Assembly: GCA_041736305.1 (NCBI GenBank)
Contig: JBGSTX010000267.1
Location: 1-14,721, forward strand
Origin: Oligoflexus sp.
Lineage (GTDB): Bacteria; Bdellovibrionota_B; Oligoflexia; Oligoflexales; Oligoflexaceae
Length of the DNA: 14,721 bases
Direction: 5' to 3'
The position numbers were made by a program, and so were the translations under genes. Positions within the stretch are counted from its first letter, which is position 1. Every line of letters starts with the position of its first letter. The notes beneath the pieces were generated by a model. That model was not told the origin of the DNA. It made no database searches and saw nothing but the letters and a program-made list of their open reading frames with translations. Shown here piece by piece: positions 6,830 through 12,950 of the stretch.

Positions 6830-7756
6830 TCACGGCGCTGGCAATGGCCAGAGGCAGGCTGCGCCTCGGACACCGCTCGAATCACCAAACTTGGCCTGAA
6901 CGAAACGGGTCCTCACTGGGCCATCTGTGAAAATATAGGACCCCCAGATTTTTGGCACATTTTCATAGAGACGTTTGACGTTGGAAAGACCGCCACCTAC
7001 CACGATGCAATCTGGATCGAAGATATTGATCACGGCCGCCAGGCTACGCGCCAGTCGATCTTCAAGCCGTTCAAAGGCCGTAATAGCTTCCGCATCACCG
7101 CTATCGATCAGCTTTGCAATTTCGCGAGCGCTCAAGGAACGACCACTTGCTCTCGCAAAATCAGCGGCAAAACCACTACCTGAAACGAAGGTTTCAATGC
7201 AGCCTCGCTTGCCGCAGTAGCAGGCGGGTCCAGGGCGCTCATCGTCACGAGCATCGGGCAAGCGATTATGCCCCCACTCTCCGCCGATAGCATTGGCACC
7301 GACCAGCACTTTTCCGTCGACGACCAGACCACCGCCGCAGCCGGTCCCCAGGATGATTCCAAACACGAGTCGCGAACCAGCGGCCGCTCCGTCTATCGCT
7401 TCGGATAAAGCAAAGCAGTTAGCATCGTTGGCTACTTCAACGGGACGATCGAGGAGAGTTTCGAGATCCCGCTTAAAAGGATGGCCGATCAGCTCGGTGG
7501 TATTAGCGTTCTTCACGAGTCCTGTGCAAGGATCGATAGTTCCGGGAATACCGATGCCGACGCTTCCTTTGACGACCCTTCCATTTTCCTTCGCAAGTTC
7601 CCTTTCGAAGCTTCGAACGAGTTCGGCAAGTCCTTCGATTATAGCGGTATATGACCCGCGGGGAGTGTCTACTCGCTGACGAGCCAGTTCAAGACCGCTG
7701 TCAGCCAAAGCCAAAATTTCAATTTTCGTTCCACCAAGATCAATGCCTAGCCGCAT
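6830..7756 (-). CDS. mak: ROK-family sugar kinase, manno(fructo)kinase Mak/YajF-like
   Basis: ATG 7756 with GGGGAG SD. Motifs MRLGIDLGGTKIE, GIGIPG, NDANCFALSEA, GTGCGGG, GEWGH and the zinc motif CYCGKRGCIE, ending GDSSGVRGAA. No N-terminal HTH, so a kinase rather than a repressor. Confidence 0.9.
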   Translation of the reverse strand: MRLGIDLGGTKIEILALADSGLELARQRVDTPRGSYTAIIEGLAELVRSFERELAKENGRVVKGSVGIGIPGTIDPCTGLVKNANTTELIGHPFKRDLETLLDRPVEVANDANCFALSEAIDGAAAGSRLVFGIILGTGCGGGLVVDGKVLVGANAIGGEWGHNRLPDARDDERPGPACYCGKRGCIETFVSGSGFAADFARASGRSLSAREIAKLIDSGDAEAITAFERLEDRLARSLAAVINIFDPDCIVVGGGLSNVKRLYENVPKIWGSYIFTDGPVRTRFVQAKFGDSSGVRGAACLWPLPAP

Positions 7757-7822
7757 CTTCAACTCCCCCAAAGCCTGGTCTCAAGTCTGATGGATACTAG
7801 CGAGTCTAGGAAAAGTCAGCGA

Positions 7823-7837
7823 TAAAATAAAATTACA
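7823..7837. promoter_or_regulatory. HexR/RpiR-like operator box 1 (TAAAATAAAATTACA)
   Basis: 13/15 match to TGTAATwwwATTACA. Shares 11 identical nt, inverted, with box 3. Confidence 0.5.
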
Positions 7838-7886
7838 CTCAGACTAGTCGCGTTGGGTAGAAGTCATCAAAAGTGCCGATAAATCT

Positions 7887-7901
7887 TGTAAAAAAACAAC
7901 A
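7887..7901. promoter_or_regulatory. HexR/RpiR-like operator box 2 (TGTAAAAAAACAACA)
   Basis: TGT-N9-ACA with an A-tract centre, the same 15-bp geometry as boxes 1 and 3. Confidence 0.42.
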
Positions 7902-7935
7902 TACTTCCGCGCGTCTTTGCGTTCGCTTTACAATC

Positions 7936-7964
7936 TTGAATTTCGCAAACGGTTGAGATAGCCT
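7936..7964 (+). promoter_or_regulatory. Putative sigma70 promoter for the ABC/mannosidase arm
   Basis: TTGAAT (7936-7941), a 17-bp spacer, then TAGCCT (7959-7964). Confidence 0.45.
7943..7958. promoter_or_regulatory. LacI/GalR-family operator-like palindrome TCGCAAACGGTTGAGA
   Basis: 12 of 16 positions are self-complementary, with the central CG and AAnCGnTT core typical of LacI-family operators. It fills the -35/-10 spacer. Confidence 0.55.
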
Positions 7965-7991
7965 TTGAACAGAGGGGCTCCTCAAACGCAA

Positions 7992-8006
7992 AGTAATTTT
8001 ATTACA
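7992..8006. promoter_or_regulatory. HexR/RpiR-like operator box 3 (AGTAATTTTATTACA)
   Basis: Perfect GTAAT-TTT-ATTAC inverted repeat, a 14/15 match to TGTAATwwwATTACA. Confidence 0.6.
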
Positions 8007-8240
8007 AGAGACAGCTTTGCCTTGCTTTAGTCGAATCTTGATCGATATATAGTTTCATCAGATGAGCGAACAAGCTTTCGACAGCTGCGATTTTCTGATC
8101 TCCTGCTTTTCGACTTCGCTGTTTTGATGCGCACTCTTCCTTTACCCACAACGCAGTGTCAGAGGCCGCTATGAGGCTAGGATACCGAGATGCGAGCTAG
8201 GCTGAATTACTTGCGGAATGCTCCCAGCAGAAAGGTGAAG

Positions 8241-10736
8241 ATGAACGGGTTCTTACTATCGTTTTTTCGGCGTGCGATGCTTGCTTCCCTCTTTACTCTG
8301 TCGGCGCTCGGCTTAGTCTCGCCATTGAAGGCAGAACCTGTACAGTTCTGGGCCGTCGGCAATGGAATTGAAGATTCGATTATGTTTCGGGAACTTGCTG
8401 CGCGTTTCAAGAGCGAAAGCGGGATCGATGTGCAGGTCACTCCGCTCTCATGGGGTAACTTTGGTCAGAAGTACATGACCTCCATGGCAGCCGGAATGCC
8501 GCCAGATGCAGGTGTTGCTAACCTCGGCTCACCGATGGAATGGGGTTCCGTGGGTGGGGTCGTTGATTTTCGCAAGAGTTTCGGCGCGGAATTCGATGTC
8601 TTGAGTCAGCAATTTTTTCCTGGAACCTTGCCACAGTTCGAGTTTCGCGGACATCTCTACGGCATCCCCACCGAACTCGTGACGGCGATGCTCTACTATC
8701 GGCAAGACCTCTTCGATAAGCTAGGGCTCAAGGCCCCCAAGACCTGGAGTGAGCTGGACCGCGTGATACAAAAGCTCGAAGCCGCCGGATATCACTTCAA
8801 TTTTGGCTGGACGCGCGGTGAACAGTGGGCGCTCTACTATCACACTTTGCCCTTTGGAAAATCTGGTTTGTATCGCGATGCGGCGGGCGAACCCCAGCTT
8901 GATTGGCTTGACCCAGCCTATCAGGAAGCCGTTCTCCACGCGATCGATCTCTGGCACCTGCACGATTCCTTCGGCGATGGTTCAGCCGATCGTACCATCG
9001 GTCGCTTTCTATCCGATGAGCCCGATCAGTCGATAGGGATGATGGTCGACGGCAACTGGTTAGCCGGTTCCATTCAAAATCTCGCACCTGGGGCGGCTGA
9101 AAAATGGAATGTTGTACCCTGGCCAAAGGCGGATGAAGGCAAAGCAGTCAACGTGATTGGCGGCACATCTTACGTTATTTTTGAAGCGTCGCCTCGTAAA
9201 GATGCCGCTTTCGCATGGCTGCGCTTTCTTAATTCCGTACCTTCACAACAATTTATGATTGAGCATCGTCTCGCGCGAGTCGGTCAAGCATCTGCGTTTA
9301 ACATTCCGCCGGTACGCGGCGTCTGGTCTGAGGAGCAGGGAGCTTTCTGGGCCAAACCAATGCTCAAGTCAGCTGAAAAAGTAATCAATGTCGCCCGGCA
9401 AATTACCGATACTTTCGTGACAGTTGAGTCTCTCAAGGGCAAGCAGGATGTCGACCATATCGAATCGAAAATCCTCGATCGCATGGGAACCTATGCAAAT
9501 GAGCTATTAACGAGCCAGGCTGAAGAGCACAATCTACGGCGTTGGCCTTACATCCGAGCTCTGGCGCAGGGTAAATTTCCTGGTGAACGAGAGTCTATAC
9601 TCGAAGCTCTGAGGGTGCGTCTACGGGCGGAATATGCCGCTCAGACGCCGCTGGCTTTGGCCAAGGTTCGCTATGCGATGAAAAGCTACGATGAGGACTA
9701 CGCTCCTATAGTGGACAATCTCGCCGTTTACGAGGGCAAAACCAACGTTCTCGATCAGATGAAGTGGGTGCTGGCCCTGCTTTTTCTCGCCGCCGCTATA
9801 CTAATCGCAACGGTACGCCCTCTGCGACGCAACGCAACTTCCTATCTCTTCATCGCGGTGCCTATCGCCTTATCTTTAGTTTTTGTACTGATTCCTATGG
9901 TCGTTTCCCTCTACCTCTCGTTCACCGAATACCACTCAGTTCTGCCTCTAGCCTCTGCAAAATGGGTGGGGCTGAAGCACTATATTGAGTCTTTCCAGCT
10001 CAGTGACAGTGACAATGTAATAGTCAGCATAGGCAAGACCTTCGTTTACGTCGCCATCACAGTGCCGCTCGGCATAGTCCTGGCTCTCATGTTCGCCGCC
10101 CTCCTCAACAATCCGCTCAAAGGCCAGAGGTTCTGGCGCTTTCTCTACTTTTCACCGCTCATCACGAGCGCGGTGTCAGTGGCCTTGATATTTACTCAGC
10201 TCTATCGAGAGTCGAGCCTCGGTTGGCTCAATGCGTTTTTCATGAAGCTGCATTTGATTAACAACCCCATTCAGTTTCTAAAGGACGAAAAAACTTTTCT
10301 CTACTGCGTCATGGGTTTGGCCATCTGGCACGGGCTGGCGTTTACCATCCTCTTGTTTCTAGCTGGCTTGCAGCAGATTCCTCAGCAGCTCTATAAGGCG
10401 GCTGAAATCGATGGCGCCGGCTGGCGCGAGAAGTTCTGGCATATATCGCTCCCAGGGATCAGACCACAGCTCATCTTCGTCGCGGTCATGGGTCTGATCG
10501 GGGGTTTTCAGGTCTTTGAGCAGATCTATATGCTTGGCGGTGGTTCCGGTTACTTCGGTTCGAAGTTCGGTCCTAACGATGCCGGCAAGACCATGGTGCC
10601 ATTGATTTACGACCTTGGTTTCGAGCAGTTCAAGATGGGCCGCGCCTCCGCGGTCGCCTACATTCTCTTCGTGGTAATTTTCGCTTTTACGCTCGTGCAG
10701 ATGCGCCTCTTCCGTCAGGCGCGGCCGGAGAATTGA
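8241..10736 (+). CDS. Fused sugar ABC transporter solute-binding protein and MalF-type permease (CUT1 family)
   Basis: Start probably ATG 8241 (AAGGTG SD); 8190 is an alternative. SPI signal (SPLKA/EP), SBP_bac_1-like domain (GIDVQV, GHLYGIP, LYYRQDLFDKLGLKAPKTWSEL), helical linker, then 7 TM segments with WVGLKHY, LAGLQQIPQQLYKAAEIDGA...FWHISLP and MGRASAVA. One uninterrupted frame. Confidence 0.9.
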   Translation: MNGFLLSFFRRAMLASLFTLSALGLVSPLKAEPVQFWAVGNGIEDSIMFRELAARFKSESGIDVQVTPLSWGNFGQKYMTSMAAGMPPDAGVANLGSPMEWGSVGGVVDFRKSFGAEFDVLSQQFFPGTLPQFEFRGHLYGIPTELVTAMLYYRQDLFDKLGLKAPKTWSELDRVIQKLEAAGYHFNFGWTRGEQWALYYHTLPFGKSGLYRDAAGEPQLDWLDPAYQEAVLHAIDLWHLHDSFGDGSADRTIGRFLSDEPDQSIGMMVDGNWLAGSIQNLAPGAAEKWNVVPWPKADEGKAVNVIGGTSYVIFEASPRKDAAFAWLRFLNSVPSQQFMIEHRLARVGQASAFNIPPVRGVWSEEQGAFWAKPMLKSAEKVINVARQITDTFVTVESLKGKQDVDHIESKILDRMGTYANELLTSQAEEHNLRRWPYIRALAQGKFPGERESILEALRVRLRAEYAAQTPLALAKVRYAMKSYDEDYAPIVDNLAVYEGKTNVLDQMKWVLALLFLAAAILIATVRPLRRNATSYLFIAVPIALSLVFVLIPMVVSLYLSFTEYHSVLPLASAKWVGLKHYIESFQLSDSDNVIVSIGKTFVYVAITVPLGIVLALMFAALLNNPLKGQRFWRFLYFSPLITSAVSVALIFTQLYRESSLGWLNAFFMKLHLINNPIQFLKDEKTFLYCVMGLAIWHGLAFTILLFLAGLQQIPQQLYKAAEIDGAGWREKFWHISLPGIRPQLIFVAVMGLIGGFQVFEQIYMLGGGSGYFGSKFGPNDAGKTMVPLIYDLGFEQFKMGRASAVAYILFVVIFAFTLVQMRLFRQARPEN

Positions 10737-10768
10737 GTCTATAAAGCCTTCTACTAAAGGGAACAGCC

Positions 10769-11716
10769 ATGGCAGAAGTGGCAGAACAAAAAATCAAAAC
10801 CTACCCCCTTCTCGCTGGGGATCGTCGCCTCCAAGGCCTCGACAAAGAGGGCCGAGAACGCGACAAGACCGAGGATCAGACCTTTACCCGTCAGACCGTT
10901 CATCGTTGGAAGATGGGCTGGGTCTATGCAGTCCTCGGGATCTCGGCCTTGCTCTTGGCTCTACCCTTTTATTACATGGTTCTCACGACTTTCAAATCGG
11001 TAGAAGAGTTGGCTGCTCTGGAGCTGAGCTTCTGGATTAAAAATCCCAGTCTCGAAGCTCTGCGCCAGCTGCTGGATGGGACGATCTACCTGCGTTCGGT
11101 TTGGAATAGTCTCTTGGTCTCTGGAGCTATCACCATCGGTAATCTCCTCTTCTGTCCTCTGGCTGGCTATGCTTTTGCCAAGCATCGTTTCCCGGGTCGA
11201 GAAGCTATCTTTTATTTCCTGCTGTCGACGATGATGATTCCCGGATCCATTCTGCTCGTGCCCAATTTCCTCCTCGCCCGCGACCTGGGTTGGATCAATA
11301 CCTACTGGCCGCTCATAGTGCCTGGCTTGGCCAGCGTGTTTTTCGTCTTCATGTCACGGCAGTTTATCTCGAAGATACCGAACGACCTCATTCAGGCGGC
11401 GCGCGTGGACGGTTGCTCGGAGCCTCGCATTTTCTTTCAGATCATCCTCCCTTGCTGCCGCCCACTCTTGGCTTCGATCGGCATTCTCAGCTTCCTCGGT
11501 GCTTGGAACAGTTTTATTGGGCCGATGATTTACCTGCTCGATGAACAGTCCTACACGACGCCGCTAGTGATTTCGATGCTGCAAGGGCGCTTTGGTAACC
11601 AGGAGAACGTGCAGATGGCCGGATCGCTGCTAGCCATCCTGCCGGCGCTGCTGCTCTTCTTCGTCTTTCAAAAGCAAATCGTCAACAGTTTCGCGAGTAG
11701 CGGACTCAAAGAATAA
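10769..11716 (+). CDS. Carbohydrate ABC transporter permease (MalG-type)
   Basis: PFYYMVLTTFK, NSL, AGYAFAK.RFPGR, TMMIP, IPNDLIQAARVDGCSEPRIFFQIILP, WNSF, FQKQIV...GLKE. Confidence 0.93.
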   Translation: MAEVAEQKIKTYPLLAGDRRLQGLDKEGRERDKTEDQTFTRQTVHRWKMGWVYAVLGISALLLALPFYYMVLTTFKSVEELAALELSFWIKNPSLEALRQLLDGTIYLRSVWNSLLVSGAITIGNLLFCPLAGYAFAKHRFPGREAIFYFLLSTMMIPGSILLVPNFLLARDLGWINTYWPLIVPGLASVFFVFMSRQFISKIPNDLIQAARVDGCSEPRIFFQIILPCCRPLLASIGILSFLGAWNSFIGPMIYLLDEQSYTTPLVISMLQGRFGNQENVQMAGSLLAILPALLLFFVFQKQIVNSFASSGLKE

Positions 11717-11738
11717 GCGGAAAGAAGGGTTAGCACTC

Positions 11739-12869
11739 ATGGCCAATCTCAGTCTTAGCGGCGTTTCCAAAGTCTTTGCTAACAGCGTCGAAGCAGTCAA
11801 GAACGTATCGCTCGAAGTTTCCGACGGTGAATTCGTAGTTCTGGTCGGTCCCTCAGGCTGCGGCAAGTCCACCTTGCTCAATATGATTGCCGGCCTTGAG
11901 GAAATGTCGCGGGGTTCGTTAGAAATCAACGGTCATCAGGTCAACGATCTGCCCGCGAAAAATAGGGATATTGCCATGGTTTTTCAGAACTATGCACTCT
12001 ATCCTCACATGAGCGTATACGACAACATGGCTTTCGGGCTCAAGCTGCGGAAAGTTCCCAAACCTGAAATCAATAGGCGCGTGAAAGAGGCTGCCGAGGT
12101 CCTCAGCATCACGCACCTTCTGGAACGTCTGCCGCGCGAACTGTCCGGTGGGCAGCGCCAGCGCGTGGCCGTGGGCCGGGCTATCGTTCGGAAGCCGGCT
12201 ATCTTTCTCTTCGACGAACCGCTGTCCAATCTCGATGCGAAGCTAAGGGTACAGATGCGGGTCGAGCTGAAGGACCTGCACCACCGTCTGCGCTCTACTA
12301 TGATTTACGTGACCCATGATCAGACGGAAGCGATGACGATGGGAGATCGCATCGTCGTGATGAAGGACGGTGTCATCCAGCAGGTCGCCACACCGCTGGA
12401 AATCTACAATCATCCTTGCAACAAATTCGTAGCCAGTTTCATCGGCACACCGCCTATGAATTTCTTCGCTGGGCAAATTACCTCTGAGGGCGAACGCCTC
12501 TTCTTCATGCAGGACAAGGGAATTCAGCTGCTTCTCCCACCGCGTCTCCAGCTGCAGGCCAGGTCTCACATCGGTCGAAGCGTCTATCTAGGAATTCGCC
12601 CTGAGGGAATTGGTTCTTTACAGGCCACGCTGCAAAAAGAAGCGCCAGAAATCGGTGGCCGCATCAGAGTTATCGAACCCATGGGCTCGGAAAATTACCT
12701 CTACATCGACACCGGTGCCGGCAGTTTTGTAGCGCGCGTGGAAAAATCAGGTTATACCATAGGGCAAGAAGTCCGCTTGCCAGTCATGCACGAGAAAATG
12801 CACCTTTTCGACGGAGAAACGGAAGCCACTCTCGAAGAAAAACGTCAGAGCCTCTCCGCAGCCGGCTAA
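11739..12869 (+). CDS. Sugar ABC transporter ATP-binding protein (MalK/MsmX/UgpC type) with C-terminal regulatory OB domain
   Basis: Walker A GPSGCGKST, Q-loop VFQNYALYPHM, signature LSGGQRQR, Walker B FLFDEPLSNLD, YVTHDQ, and GIRPE/IEPMG in the C-terminal domain. Confidence 0.96.
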   Translation: MANLSLSGVSKVFANSVEAVKNVSLEVSDGEFVVLVGPSGCGKSTLLNMIAGLEEMSRGSLEINGHQVNDLPAKNRDIAMVFQNYALYPHMSVYDNMAFGLKLRKVPKPEINRRVKEAAEVLSITHLLERLPRELSGGQRQRVAVGRAIVRKPAIFLFDEPLSNLDAKLRVQMRVELKDLHHRLRSTMIYVTHDQTEAMTMGDRIVVMKDGVIQQVATPLEIYNHPCNKFVASFIGTPPMNFFAGQITSEGERLFFMQDKGIQLLLPPRLQLQARSHIGRSVYLGIRPEGIGSLQATLQKEAPEIGGRIRVIEPMGSENYLYIDTGAGSFVARVEKSGYTIGQEVRLPVMHEKMHLFDGETEATLEEKRQSLSAAG

Positions 12870-12950
12870 GGGCCGCTACCCAGGAGGATGAGAGGCAAGG
12901 CCGCAGTTTTTTTCCTTAGCTAATCGAGAACCATAAGAAGGAATTTACGG

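Noticed and set aside
6830-7771. ROK protein as the locus repressor (NagC/XylR-like), and the TTG 7771 start
   Set aside because: There is no N-terminal HTH, the size and motifs fit Mak-type kinases, and ATG 7756 has a strong SD.
7875-7882. Perfect sigma28 -10 element GCCGATAA
   Set aside because: No TAAA-like -35 element at the expected spacing (GGTA is found there), so it is not supportable alone.
7944-8021. Resemblance to a c-di-GMP-I riboswitch (GCAAAC...ACGCAAAG...GACAGC..TTGCC)
   Set aside because: There is no proper GNRA-capped stem directly followed by GACGCAAA and no tetraloop-receptor stem. The same bases are better explained as promoter and operator sites. An Infernal search with the Rfam c-di-GMP-I model would settle it.
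7882-8040. AATCTTG repeated at 7882, 7932 and 8034
   Set aside because: A 7-mer in an AT-rich region that partly overlaps other proposed sites and cannot be distinguished from chance.
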